A stretch of 64,000 nucleotides of DNA, taken from positions 2,560,001 to 2,624,000 of the forward strand of contig OZ244252.1 in assembly GCA_965217185.1 (NCBI GenBank), given 5' to 3'. This DNA is from an uncultured Candidatus Entotheonella sp. (GTDB taxonomy: Bacteria; Tectomicrobia; Entotheonellia; Entotheonellales; Entotheonellaceae). Positions 52,068-62,425 of the stretch are shown here, one piece after another. Made by a program: the position numbers and the translations under genes. The stretch's first letter is position 1. Each line of letters opens with the position of its first letter. The notes below the pieces were generated by a model. The model did not search any database. It saw nothing but the letters and a program-made list of their open reading frames with translations, and was not told the origin of the DNA.

Positions 52068-53726
52068 CTAACCCCGGGTCAGCCACGCGAATTGCTGCGG
52101 CCGACGCTTGGATTCGGGGTTGATCGTCACGTTGATCAACGTCGTCTCGCCGCTGTCGAATGACGCCTGCAACGCTGCCCGCAATTCCTGCGGCGTTTCA
52201 GCGTGGTAACCCTTGCCCCCGAACGCCTCCATCACCTTGTCGTAGCGCGCATTGGGCACGAAGGCGTTGGGCGGATACGACGCACCCTCGGGCAGGCTGC
52301 TGGGGCCGCCGCCGATGCCGTTGTTATTGAACACGATCCAGGTGATGGGCAGCTTGTGGCGCACCGCCACCTCGACCTCCAGACCGTCGAAGCCAAACGC
52401 CGCGTCGCCTTCGAGGGCGATAACACGCTTGTCCGGGTTGGCCACCTGCGCGGCGATGGCAAAGCCCGGCCCCACGCCCATGGTGCCCCAGGTGCCCGCG
52501 TCGAGGCGCTTGCGAGGCTCGTAGTTGTCCAACACCTGACGGCTGATATCCATCGTGCTGGCGCCCTCGGTAACGATGATGGCGTCGTGCGGCAGGAGTT
52601 GTTGGATTTCCTGTAGCGGCCGGTAATAGTTCATCGGCACTTCATCCGACTCCAGCATCGGCACGGTGGCCTCCTGCTTGGCCGCTTTCTCCTTGTCGAG
52701 CGCCTGCCGCCAGGGATTGTCGGCGGCTATCTGCCAGGGACTCTCCTCGAGTTCGGCCACCATCTGCGCCATAACGACCTTGGCATCGCCCACCAAGGGG
52801 GCCTCGGAAGGAACGCTGGAGCCGATTTCTTCAGCCGCCACGTCGAGCTGCACCACCCGCAGATCCTCCCGAAAGCGCGGCGGCAGGCCGAAGTGCATGA
52901 TCCAGTTGAGGCGCGCGCCGATGGTGAACACGAGGTCGGCGTTCTGCAGGGCGTAGCTGCGCGCTGCCGCCACGCTGAGGGGATGGCCGTCGGGGACGAC
53001 CCCCTTGCCCATCGGCGACGGCAGGAAGGGCATTTGCGTCTCTTCGATAAACCGCCGCACCTGCTCCTCCGCGCCGGCCCAGGCGGCGCCCTTGCCGATA
53101 ATGGCCAGCGGCTGGCGCGCCGACTTCAGAGCCGCCACGGCCGCCTTGATGGACGCCGGGTCCACCTGCGGGGCGGGGGGGGCTTCCACCCTCTGCGGGT
53201 AGCTCAGGTCGTCTTCTTCCAAGCTGCTGGCAATCACGTCGCCCGGCAGATCGAGGTAAACCGGGCCGGGCCGACCAGAGATCGAATGGCGCACGGCAGT
53301 GGCGATGTAGCGCGGAATCAAGTCGATGCGCTCCGCCTGACCCACCCATTTGCAAAACGGCTTGGCGAGGTCCACCTGCGGGGCGGCCTGAAAATCGCCC
53401 ATGTGGTTCAGGGCCTGATTGGACGAGCCGCCAATCAGCAGCATAGGCCAGCAGTTTGCCCAGGCATTGCCGAGGGCGGAAATGGCGTTGGTCATGCCGG
53501 GGCCGGACACCACCAGGCAGACGCCGATGCGGCCCTTGAGGTACGAAATGGCCTGCGCCGCGTAGCCCGCCGCCTGTTCGTGCCGCGTGCCGATGTAGCG
53601 GATGCCTTCGCTTGCCGCCGCCGCCGCAATACCGGTGACCGGGATGCCGACCACGCCGAACAATTCATCCACGCCTTGCTGCTTCAAACAGCGGGCTACC
53701 AGCCTCGCGCCATCGATTTCAGCCAT
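52068..53726 (-). CDS. ThDP-dependent 2-hydroxyacyl-CoA lyase / oxalyl-CoA decarboxylase family
   Basis: FGVVGIPVT, RHEQAAGYAA, LDAGTWGTMGVG, EGDAAFG..NNNG, C-terminal RRPQQFAWLTR. Confidence 0.9.
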   Translation of the reverse strand: MAEIDGARLVARCLKQQGVDELFGVVGIPVTGIAAAAASEGIRYIGTRHEQAAGYAAQAISYLKGRIGVCLVVSGPGMTNAISALGNAWANCWPMLLIGGSSNQALNHMGDFQAAPQVDLAKPFCKWVGQAERIDLIPRYIATAVRHSISGRPGPVYLDLPGDVIASSLEEDDLSYPQRVEAPPAPQVDPASIKAAVAALKSARQPLAIIGKGAAWAGAEEQVRRFIEETQMPFLPSPMGKGVVPDGHPLSVAAARSYALQNADLVFTIGARLNWIMHFGLPPRFREDLRVVQLDVAAEEIGSSVPSEAPLVGDAKVVMAQMVAELEESPWQIAADNPWRQALDKEKAAKQEATVPMLESDEVPMNYYRPLQEIQQLLPHDAIIVTEGASTMDISRQVLDNYEPRKRLDAGTWGTMGVGPGFAIAAQVANPDKRVIALEGDAAFGFDGLEVEVAVRHKLPITWIVFNNNGIGGGPSSLPEGASYPPNAFVPNARYDKVMEAFGGKGYHAETPQELRAALQASFDSGETTLINVTINPESKRRPQQFAWLTRG

Positions 53727-53867
53727 AATGTGCTCCTGTCGGAAAATGGGAGATGCGCCTCCCCAGTCCGCGTACCGCGCGTTTCGCCGTGGTACAATTG
53801 CGCCCTTGTTGGTAAGCGGTTCTGCGGGTTTGGGGGAGTGCGTGAACCTATTGAAGGGTATCGGGTG

Positions 53868-54515
53868 ATGGGAGAGCATCATACGTCAGCACCGGGGTGG
53901 ATGCAAACGCGCTCGGGACGCCTCGAACGCTGTCCGGCCGGTGAGTCGGGCGCCGTGTTGATCCTCAGCTTATTGCTCCTGATGGTGCTGACCCTGCTCG
54001 GCGTCGCCGCCCTGACCAACAGCCGCATCGAACTGCAACTTGCCGCCAATGACCGCGCTCACAAGCAGGCCCTGGCCGCCGCCGACGTTGCCCTGGCAAT
54101 CGGCGAAACAGTCATCGAGCCGTGGACGGATCCTGATGAACTCGATGAGGACGCCAGCGTTGAGGATGGCCGTTATGGCGTCGGTGAACAGCCGGCCTGG
54201 GGCTATCTGAAATGGGACGCCGCCTGCGACGGGCCGCCCGGTACCTGCAGCGGCGGCTCCGAGGCGGTTTCCGCCAGCGACTTGCCCGCCGGTATGGCCT
54301 ACGTTCTGAGCGGTCCACAGACCCTGATACCCCGATACACCATCGAGCGCCTGCCTGCCGTGCCGGACAGCTATGTGAGCGGCGTGCAGTACCACGGTCC
54401 GCGCGAGACCAACTATTTCCGCGTCTCCGCGCGCGGCGCCGGAATCACCGGCGTTTTTGGCGCCCAGCCCTCGCGGGTCATCTTGCAAAGCATCTACGCC
54501 AAGCGGTTCAATTGA
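53868..54515 (+). CDS. pilX: PilX-like type IV minor pilin (start 53868 or 53901)
   Basis: SGAVLILSLLLLMVLTLLG, ALAAAD, YFRVSARG, VILQSIY. Confidence 0.8.
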   Translation: MGEHHTSAPGWMQTRSGRLERCPAGESGAVLILSLLLLMVLTLLGVAALTNSRIELQLAANDRAHKQALAAADVALAIGETVIEPWTDPDELDEDASVEDGRYGVGEQPAWGYLKWDAACDGPPGTCSGGSEAVSASDLPAGMAYVLSGPQTLIPRYTIERLPAVPDSYVSGVQYHGPRETNYFRVSARGAGITGVFGAQPSRVILQSIYAKRFN

Positions 54516-54529
54516 CGGTCGGATCACGT

Positions 54530-56578
54530 ATGACGCGGAATGCCTGCCTCAACCTGTGTGTCGCATTTGCTCTGGTCGCGGGCGTGTTGAGCGGTGTTGG
54601 GATGGTATTCGCCGCCGCGCTGAATTTGAGCCAGGCGCCGTTCGTCGGCCAAGTCGGTTATCGTTCCGCGGCTGGGGTAACGGTCAGCAGCCGAACCGTG
54701 CGCGCCGGCACGCGGCTGTACCAAACACTTTTCAACGCCGCCAATTGGCACGGCGACGTGGTGGCCTATGGGCTGGACGATGCCGGTGGGCTGACCCTTG
54801 CCTGGCGAGCCGGTCCCTTGCTGCAGCAGATCTTGGCGGCGCACGGCCATCAACGGCGGCAGATTCTCACCTATCACGCCACCGACAGGCGGGGCGGGGC
54901 GTTTGCATGGGACGAGTTGTCCGACGGGCAAAGGGACGCCCTGCGGGAGCCGCACGACATAGATGACCAGGCGGCCATGGACCGCCTCACTTATTTGCGC
55001 GGCGACCCGTCGAGGGAAGGTCGGCCCGACGGTTTTCGGCAACGCGGCGGCCTTTTGGGCGACTTGGTCCACTCGCGGCCGGTGTTCATTGGCGCGCCGG
55101 GGCTCCCGGACATGATCGACCCGCACACCTATCCGGCGTTTCGCAGCGCTCAAGCGGGTCGTGCACCGATGCTCGTAGTCGGCGGCAACGACGGCTTTGT
55201 CCACGTTTTCAATGCCGCCACCGGTCAGGAACTCATGGCATACGCGCCGAACGCCGTCATTCCGCACCTTATCGAATTGACCAAACCGGCGTACGCGCAC
55301 CGCTACTACGTGGACGGTTCCCCCACCGCCGCGGACGTGCGGACGGCCAGCGGCTGGCGCACCTGGGTCGTCGGCGGATTGGGCGCCGGCGGGCGCGGCA
55401 TCTACGCGCTCGACGTGACCGACCCGGCACGACTCGCCAATGCCGCGGCGTCCGGCAATCCGGCACTCATCGTTCAGTGGGAATTTACCGCTACTGATGA
55501 CGCCGACCTGGGTTTCACCTTCAGCCAACCGTCTATTGTCCGCATGCAGAATGGCCGCTGGGCAGCGGTGTTCGGCAACGGCTACAACAGCCCGAACGAC
55601 CATGCCGTTCTGTATATCGTGTTTCTCGACGGCGGCCAGGACGGCACCTGGACGCGCGGCGTCGATTATGTCCGCATACCGGCCAGTGGCGGCCTGCCCG
55701 CCCCTGCCGGCGCGGCGAATGGCCTGTCGACGCCCGCCGCCGTGGACCTCGACGGCGACTTTTCCACCGATCTGATCTACGCCGGTGATTTGCAGGGCAA
55801 CCTGTGGAAGTTCGACGTCAGCAGCCCATTCCCAGGCGATTGGGGCAGCGCATACCGCAATGGGGCGACGCCGGCACCGCTGTTTGTGTGTACCAACGCC
55901 GGCGGCCAGCGCCAAGCGATTACGACGCGTCCCGAAGTGGGACCGCATCCGATCACGGGCACCATGGTCTACGCCGGTACGGGCAAGAACCTGGAGCCGG
56001 GTGACCGCAATTCCACCGCACCGCAGACCCTCTACGGCCTGTGGGACCGGAATGCGTCGACACCGCCGGCATACGGCCGCCTCGACGGATCATTGTTGCA
56101 ACAAATGATGCAGCAGCGGGGGGACGTACGGATCATGGATAACCATGCGGTGGATTGGAACCGGCACGTCGGCTGGTTTGTCGATTTGCCCGCTGCCGGG
56201 GAGCGGCTCGTCAGCGATCCCATCCTGCGTCACCGGCGCCTTGTTTTCACCTCCTTCGTTCCAAGCCTTGGCGGCGGCTGGCTGAGCGAGTTGCACGCAC
56301 CGAGCGGCGGCCGCCTGCCGTTCACGCTGCTAGACCTGGATAACGACGGGTTATACACGGTGGAAGACCACACGACCCTAAGCCCCGACAACACCGCCCC
56401 GGCGTGCTGCACCGGGCCGCAGGCGGGCGGCTATATCGGGACGCCGGCGGTTTTGGTGAACGGCACGACGGAGGTGCAATTCGTCAGCGAGACGGCGGGA
56501 ACGGTGGCGCAGTGGGTGAAAAGCCCCGGCCCGCGGGTTGTGGGTCGTCAGTCTTGGGAGCACGTGTTGTTGCCTTAA
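54530..56578 (+). CDS. pilY1: PilY1/PilC beta-propeller adhesin, short form
   Basis: LGDLVHSRP, GGNDGFVHVF, YYVDGSP, YALDVT, FGNGYNS, DLDGD..YAGDLQGNLWKFD, GRQSW. Confidence 0.88.
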   Translation: MTRNACLNLCVAFALVAGVLSGVGMVFAAALNLSQAPFVGQVGYRSAAGVTVSSRTVRAGTRLYQTLFNAANWHGDVVAYGLDDAGGLTLAWRAGPLLQQILAAHGHQRRQILTYHATDRRGGAFAWDELSDGQRDALREPHDIDDQAAMDRLTYLRGDPSREGRPDGFRQRGGLLGDLVHSRPVFIGAPGLPDMIDPHTYPAFRSAQAGRAPMLVVGGNDGFVHVFNAATGQELMAYAPNAVIPHLIELTKPAYAHRYYVDGSPTAADVRTASGWRTWVVGGLGAGGRGIYALDVTDPARLANAAASGNPALIVQWEFTATDDADLGFTFSQPSIVRMQNGRWAAVFGNGYNSPNDHAVLYIVFLDGGQDGTWTRGVDYVRIPASGGLPAPAGAANGLSTPAAVDLDGDFSTDLIYAGDLQGNLWKFDVSSPFPGDWGSAYRNGATPAPLFVCTNAGGQRQAITTRPEVGPHPITGTMVYAGTGKNLEPGDRNSTAPQTLYGLWDRNASTPPAYGRLDGSLLQQMMQQRGDVRIMDNHAVDWNRHVGWFVDLPAAGERLVSDPILRHRRLVFTSFVPSLGGGWLSELHAPSGGRLPFTLLDLDNDGLYTVEDHTTLSPDNTAPACCTGPQAGGYIGTPAVLVNGTTEVQFVSETAGTVAQWVKSPGPRVVGRQSWEHVLLP

Positions 56579-56618
56579 CGCCGCCGACCCCGGCGGCCCC
56601 TATATGGGAGTGGCTGTC

Positions 56619-57278
56619 ATGTGGCCACGACGCAACCGGGAAAACGCCGAGCGGACCGCTCGCCTGGACATGGTGCGGAACCAGCTCGAACGGCGCGGCA
56701 TCATGGACGAGCGCGTTTTGCAAGCCATGCGCGAGGTGCCCCGGCATGTCTTTGCGCCGGCCAAGCGGCGTCACGAGGCGTATGGCGACCATCCTATTCC
56801 CATCGGCGAGATGCAGACGATCTCCCAGCCCTACATGGTCGCCGTGATGATCGAGCATCTGCGGTTGCGAGGCGGCGAGCGCGTCCTCGAAATCGGCACC
56901 GGTTCGGGTTATCAAGCCGCAGTGCTCAGCCGACTGGCAGCCGAGGTTTACACGGTGGAGTGCTTCCCTTCCCTGGCCGCCGATGCCCGTCTCGTTTTGC
57001 AACGGCTCGGCTGCCCTAGTGTACGGGTCATGGACGCCGACGGCTGCCAAGGGCTGGCGGATCAGGCGCCTTATAACGGTATCATCGTGGCAGCAGCAGC
57101 GGCGTTCATCCCGCCACCGTTGCGGGCGCAATTGGCGGACGGCGGGCGGCTGGTCATGCCGGTCGGCGGCCCCGAGGGGCAGCGGCTGGTCATCGTGACC
57201 CGGCAGGCGGGTACGTTCATAGAGGAAAAGGCGGTGACGTGCCGCTTCGTGCCTTTGCTGGGGGCTGATGTTCAATAA
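56619..57278 (+). CDS. pcm: Protein-L-isoaspartate O-methyltransferase
   Basis: VPRHVF, QTISQPYMVA, VLEIGTGSGYQAAVL, QLADGGRLV, RFVPL. Confidence 0.95.
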   Translation: MWPRRNRENAERTARLDMVRNQLERRGIMDERVLQAMREVPRHVFAPAKRRHEAYGDHPIPIGEMQTISQPYMVAVMIEHLRLRGGERVLEIGTGSGYQAAVLSRLAAEVYTVECFPSLAADARLVLQRLGCPSVRVMDADGCQGLADQAPYNGIIVAAAAAFIPPPLRAQLADGGRLVMPVGGPEGQRLVIVTRQAGTFIEEKAVTCRFVPLLGADVQ

Positions 57279-57370
57279 CAAGCACGGGCTTGTTCTGTTA
57301 ATGGCGTTCTGCAAAAAAATGTGCGACTCTGACCGCTCGGCACAGGCCGTTGATTTTGTTGGGGAGAATT

Positions 57371-57631
57371 ATGGGTGAATCCGCCAATATCCTGATTCCA
57401 ATGATAGCGGTAGGTATTGCCTTGGGCGGGCTGATCTTGACGAGCAGCCGCGGGCTACGCCAGGAAATGACGCAGATGGAGACACGGCTGCGTCAGGAAA
57501 TGGGCCATCTACGGGAGGACATGACTCGGCTGGATGAACGTGTCGCGCGGCTGGAACATGGTCAGGCCCGGCTCGAAGGGTTGCTGGAAGGACTGCGCGA
57601 GGCCATCACCGGGCGAACAGCGACCAGCTAG
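57371..57631 (+). CDS. Small TM plus coiled-coil protein
   Basis: Hydrophobic N-terminus; LRQEM repeats; RLEGLLEGLREAI. Confidence 0.65.
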   Translation: MGESANILIPMIAVGIALGGLILTSSRGLRQEMTQMETRLRQEMGHLREDMTRLDERVARLEHGQARLEGLLEGLREAITGRTATS

Positions 57632-57658
57632 AAATTTTGTATCCGAAGGATCCGCTTG

Positions 57659-59200
57659 ATGAACGAAGTTGTGGCACAGCACTGGGCCGACCAGGTAGCC
57701 CGCGAGCTTTTGGCGAACCAGTCACGGCATTTGCTGAGCACGGGTATTACGCCGTCGGGGGAGTATCACGTCGGGCACTTGCGGGAGGTGCTGACCGCTG
57801 AAGGGGTGCGCTGCGCCTTGCGGGAGCAGGGGGCGGACTGCCAGTTGAACTACGTGGCCGACACCATGGACCCGCTGCGGCGGGTTTATGACTTTCTCGA
57901 CCCTGAGCGCTACAAGCCGCACGTGGGCAAGCCGTTGTGCGACATTCCATGCCCGTGTGATGAGCACGCCAGTTACGCCGAGCACTTCCTGCAGCCCTTC
58001 CTGCAGGCGATGCAGACGCTGGGGGTCGACCTGGAGGTGCATCAGGCACACGAGTTGTACCGCGGCGGCCACCTCGACGACCAGATCATCACGGCCCTGG
58101 AAAGCACTGAGGCGATCAAGGCCATCCTGCACGAGGTAACCGGTAAAGCGATGGCGGACGACTGGTCCCCGTACAATCCCGTTTGCGAGGCGTGCGGCCG
58201 CTTGGCAGACACGCGGGTAACGGATTTCAATGCCGCCGCCCGAACCGTATCGTACGCCTGCGACTGCGGTCACGACACCACGGCGCCAGTGTCCCAGGCG
58301 GGCAAGCTCACTTGGCGGGTGGACTGGCCGGCGCGCTGGCAAGCCCTGGGGGTCACCGCGGAGCCTTTCGGCAAGGACCACGCCTCGCGCGGCGGTTCGT
58401 ATGACACCGGCAAACGCATCATGCGCGAGGTGTTCGACGGTGAACCACCACACCCCATTCCCTACGAATGGATCGGCCTGAAGGGCCAGGGGGACATGTC
58501 GTCCAGCAAGGGCAACCTCGTCAGCATCGTCAACGTGACGCAAGCCATCCCGCCGGACGTGGTGCGCTACCTGATCTTTCGCGTCAAGCCGATGCGGCGC
58601 ATTGCCTTCGATCCCGGCCTGCCGCTGCTCAACCTGATGGACGAGTACGAAAACCTCTCCGGCAACAACCGCGACGCCCGCGCCGCCGACCTGGCCAGTA
58701 TCACCGAGATGGATTCCATCGGCGTGCCCTTCCGGCACTTGGTCAATCTCGTGCAGATCACCGATGGCGACGTGGGCAAAATTCAGGCCATTCTGAAACG
58801 CCACAACCTGCCGGTGTCTGACGCGGCAACCCTGCAAAAGCGGGTGGATTTCGCCGCCTACTGGGTGGAACGTTTCAGTCCGCCGGACAGCCGCTTACGC
58901 TTGCAGCCGACCTTGCCCGAACGCGCCGCCGACTTAACCCCGCCGCAGCGTCAGGCCCTGGCGCTTCTGGACCGGCGGCTGCAGCCCGACATGGACGGCG
59001 ACGCCATTCATACTTTGGTTTATGCTCTGGCGGAGGAGTCGGGATTGGCCGCCAAGGACGTCTTCGAGGCGGTCTACGTCGCGTTCCTGGACCGCACCCG
59101 AGGCCCGCGGGCGGGCTGGTTCCTGCGCTCACTGGAGCCCGACTTTGTGCACGCCCGATTGCGGGAGGCTGCCGGCCAGGGTGAGGAAGCGCAGTGTTGA
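57659..59200 (+). CDS. lysS: Lysine--tRNA ligase, class I
   Basis: GITPSGEYHVGHLRE, CxxC/CxC Zn sites, GKLTWRVDWPARW, EPFGKDH, MSSSKG, GPRAG. Confidence 0.95.
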   Translation: MNEVVAQHWADQVARELLANQSRHLLSTGITPSGEYHVGHLREVLTAEGVRCALREQGADCQLNYVADTMDPLRRVYDFLDPERYKPHVGKPLCDIPCPCDEHASYAEHFLQPFLQAMQTLGVDLEVHQAHELYRGGHLDDQIITALESTEAIKAILHEVTGKAMADDWSPYNPVCEACGRLADTRVTDFNAAARTVSYACDCGHDTTAPVSQAGKLTWRVDWPARWQALGVTAEPFGKDHASRGGSYDTGKRIMREVFDGEPPHPIPYEWIGLKGQGDMSSSKGNLVSIVNVTQAIPPDVVRYLIFRVKPMRRIAFDPGLPLLNLMDEYENLSGNNRDARAADLASITEMDSIGVPFRHLVNLVQITDGDVGKIQAILKRHNLPVSDAATLQKRVDFAAYWVERFSPPDSRLRLQPTLPERAADLTPPQRQALALLDRRLQPDMDGDAIHTLVYALAEESGLAAKDVFEAVYVAFLDRTRGPRAGWFLRSLEPDFVHARLREAAGQGEEAQC

Positions 59201-60537
59201 CCTACGAGCAGGCCCTGGCCTACCTGGCACAGTTCATCAATTACGAATCCGGCCAACGGGTCCCGTACGCCCCCGAGCATTTCAACCTGGACGCCTTCGC
59301 CGCCTTCCTGCACGAACTTGGCGACCCGCACCGGGCCTTCCCTTCGGTGCTGATCGCGGGCTCCAAAGGCAAGGGTTCCACCGCCGCCATGATCGCGGCC
59401 ATTCTGTCGCAAGCAGGCTTGCGCACGGGGCTATTCACCAATCCGCATCTGGTCACCCTGCGCGAGCGAACCCAGATTGACCGCCAGCTCATCAGCGAAC
59501 CGGCGTTTGCCGCCCTTGTGTCCGAGTTGCGAAGCCACCTGCAACCGGCGCAGCGCGGCCAGCCGAGGCGCTTTCGCACCTTCTTCGAACTGACCACGGC
59601 CTTGAGCTTTCTGCATTTCGCCCGCCAACAGGTCGACATCGCGGTGGTGGAGGTGGGACTCGGCGGCCGCCTCGACACCACCAACGTTCTCACCCCGCAG
59701 GTCGCTGTCCTGACACCGATCGGTCTGGAGCACACCCACATCCTCGGTGATACGCTCGCGGTCATCGCTGGTGAGAAAGCCGGCATCATCAAGTCGCGCG
59801 CCTGTGTGGTAAGCGCGCCGCAAGAGCCGGAGGCGGCAGCGGTCTTCGAGCAACGGTGTCGGGAACAGGAAGCAATACTTTCGATGGCAGGGCGGGATTT
59901 TGTCTGGCAGGTCATCGACGCTGGCGCCGAGGGCACGCGTATGCGCTTCCGCGGGTTCGGCCACGAAATTGACGATATCGCCGTGTCACTCGTCGGACGC
60001 CATCAGGCGGCCAATGCTGCGGTGGCGGTGGCGGTTTGCCTGCAGTTGCGGCAAAAGGGCTGGAGCATCAACGACGACCACATTCGTCATGGACTCGCCG
60101 CGGTGCAATGGGAAGGCAGGGCTGAAATCATCGGTCGCCAGCCGTGGGTGGTGCTCGACGCCGCCCACACGGTGGAATCGGCCCGTTGTCTCGCCGACAC
60201 GCTGAGCGAGTTGTTTGGCGCCGAGCGTCTGTTCCTCGTGCTCGGCATGGCCACGGACAAGAAGGTGGAGGACGTCGTGGCCATCCTGGCTCCCCTGGCT
60301 CACGAGGTCATCGTCACCGCCTTCCACAGCCCGCGCGCCTGCAAGCCGCAACGCCTGGCCGATGAAGTACGACGCCACGGCGTGGCGGTTCGACTCGCCG
60401 AGACGCCCGAACAGGCGCTAGCCTTGGCGCGCGCCAGGGCGCGGCCAACGGACGCCATTTGCGTCACCGGATCGGTGTTGCTGCTCGGCGAGATCAAGGC
60501 CCACCTTCTAAACCAATCCCTCGAATTTTCAGGCTGA
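59194..60537 (+). CDS. folC: Folylpolyglutamate/dihydrofolate synthase
   Basis: IAGSKGKGST, TFFELTTA, EVGLGGRLDTTN, EKAGII, DAAHT, VTGS. Confidence 0.95.
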   Translation: MLTYEQALAYLAQFINYESGQRVPYAPEHFNLDAFAAFLHELGDPHRAFPSVLIAGSKGKGSTAAMIAAILSQAGLRTGLFTNPHLVTLRERTQIDRQLISEPAFAALVSELRSHLQPAQRGQPRRFRTFFELTTALSFLHFARQQVDIAVVEVGLGGRLDTTNVLTPQVAVLTPIGLEHTHILGDTLAVIAGEKAGIIKSRACVVSAPQEPEAAAVFEQRCREQEAILSMAGRDFVWQVIDAGAEGTRMRFRGFGHEIDDIAVSLVGRHQAANAAVAVAVCLQLRQKGWSINDDHIRHGLAAVQWEGRAEIIGRQPWVVLDAAHTVESARCLADTLSELFGAERLFLVLGMATDKKVEDVVAILAPLAHEVIVTAFHSPRACKPQRLADEVRRHGVAVRLAETPEQALALARARARPTDAICVTGSVLLLGEIKAHLLNQSLEFSG

Positions 60538-62232
60538 CATGCCGAGCGACGACTTGCTGGACGCAAACCGCGTCAGCACCTCGCCGGGCGCCCGCGGCGG
60601 CGTCAGATAATCCACCCCGTCGAACACCTGAACGCCGTTGACCCATGTGCCCAACAGCCCCGGCGCGCGGCGCAGCAGACGCTCGCCGCCGGCCGGCAGA
60701 TCGTGATGGCGCTCCGTGCCGGTGATGCGCAGCCTGTCGGGGTCGAACAGGATCATATCGGCGAAGGCGTCGGGGACGAGCCGGCCTCTATCTACAATAC
60801 CGTACACCTCGGCAGGATCGCTGGTGACCTTGCGGATGGCCGTCGGCAAGTCGAACACGCCCTTGTCGCGCACCCAGTGGCTCAGCAGGTGCATGGCGTA
60901 GGCCGCATCACACAACAGCGCGTTGTGCGCCCCGGCGTCGGACAGGCTGACCAGGGTGCCGTCGTTGGTGATCAATTCCTCCACGCCCGCCTCGTCCATG
61001 TTCAGGATGTAGAAAGTGTAAAACGTCTCGAAGTCTTCTTGCAGGGCGAGGTCCAGAAACAGATCGAGCGGGTCGACGCCGCGCGCCTTGGCGATGTCGG
61101 CAACGGTCCGGTTTTCGAGTTCGGCGTTCTCCAAGCGGCCGGTACGGGTCACCAACACCCAGTCCCAGCGGCCATTGAACACCCGCCCGCCGACCGGACT
61201 GGCAAGGGCGTCGCGAAAAGCTTGGCGGAACGAGGGATCCGAGAGAATCCGTCGCAACTCCGTGTGGTCCGGGGTGGCAGGCCAGGGATCGATGGCCTTG
61301 AGGATGTAGGCGGCGTCGAGCGGGAAGCTGAGGCTGAGAGGCTGGCACGAGCCCTGCGTGTAGACGCGGTGGCCGCGTTGGCGGGCGGCCTGCGCCTGGA
61401 GCATGAGGTTGCGCCCGCGTTCAGGCTCGTGGGCGTAATGGAAATGCGCCGCGTACACCGCCGGGCGGCCGCTGCGGCGGGCGAAGTCTTCCATGAAGTC
61501 CATGCCCATATAATTGCCGGGGGTAATCAGAAAAACGCCATGGTCGTAGTCCGCCATGGCGTCGGCAAAGGCGCCGAACTCGGCGAATTCGGCGAGCCGC
61601 GAGGCGATCGGCACGCCGCCGTGGCCACGGTGATTTTCGTTGGTCGAGGAGCCGAACCCGATGGCCCCGGCGTCCATGGCGTCGCGGAACAGCCCCACCA
61701 TCGCTTCGAGTTCCTCGTCCCGCGCCGAGCGCTGGGAGCTATCCTCGCCCATGACGACGGTGCGAATGGTGGCGTGCGAGGCCAGCGCCGCCACGTTCGG
61801 GTAGGTGCCCTGGCGGCACAGCAGGTCGAGATACTCGCCAAAGCCCTCAAAGCCCCAGCGCACGCCGGCCTTCAGGGTGTCGAGCGACATGCCCTCGACC
61901 TCGGCGAGGTTGGCAAGAATGGCTTCTCGCGCGGCGGGCGGCGCAGGCGCGATGCCGAAGCCGCAGTTGCCGATCACCACGGTGGTGACGCCCAACGCGG
62001 GCGACGGCGAGGCGGTAGCGTCCCAAATCAATTGCGCGTCGTAATGGGTGTGCAGGTCGATCACGCCGGGCGCCAGCACCATGCCCTGTGCGTCCACGGT
62101 CGCAGCCGCCGGCTGCCGCACGTCCCCAATTTCCGCCACGCGGCCGTTCTCAACGGCGAGGTCACCCTCCTGCAAGGGATTACCGAGCCCGTCGGCGATC
62201 CGCGCGTTTCGTATTACCAAGTCGTACATCAT
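60529..62232 (-). CDS. Amidohydrolase, N-acyl-D-amino-acid deacylase family
   Basis: PGVIDLHTHYDAQ, GVTTVVIGNCG, SDAGAH, DRGRL..ADMILFDP. Confidence 0.92.
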   Translation of the reverse strand: MMYDLVIRNARIADGLGNPLQEGDLAVENGRVAEIGDVRQPAAATVDAQGMVLAPGVIDLHTHYDAQLIWDATASPSPALGVTTVVIGNCGFGIAPAPPAAREAILANLAEVEGMSLDTLKAGVRWGFEGFGEYLDLLCRQGTYPNVAALASHATIRTVVMGEDSSQRSARDEELEAMVGLFRDAMDAGAIGFGSSTNENHRGHGGVPIASRLAEFAEFGAFADAMADYDHGVFLITPGNYMGMDFMEDFARRSGRPAVYAAHFHYAHEPERGRNLMLQAQAARQRGHRVYTQGSCQPLSLSFPLDAAYILKAIDPWPATPDHTELRRILSDPSFRQAFRDALASPVGGRVFNGRWDWVLVTRTGRLENAELENRTVADIAKARGVDPLDLFLDLALQEDFETFYTFYILNMDEAGVEELITNDGTLVSLSDAGAHNALLCDAAYAMHLLSHWVRDKGVFDLPTAIRKVTSDPAEVYGIVDRGRLVPDAFADMILFDPDRLRITGTERHHDLPAGGERLLRRAPGLLGTWVNGVQVFDGVDYLTPPRAPGEVLTRFASSKSSLGMSA

Positions 62233-62425
62233 GTTTCTCCATTTGTTGGACAGCCTTGGGTTCGCCTTACATGGCCCCGCAATCGCGCCGGAAAGGCGCA
62301 GCCTAGCACATTCCCAAATGGCCCGCCTGTCCGTCATCTTGCAAAAGCTTCTGCACCCGGCTACAACGGATGACACTGCCACCGAGTGGCATACCGCGCC
62401 ACCATTCCAAGGAGGATCCAAACCG

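Noticed and set aside
52893..53867. Apparent 540-aa fusion N-terminal to PilX
   Set aside because: The upstream part is antisense shadow of the ThDP lyase; PilX features begin near 53868-53950.
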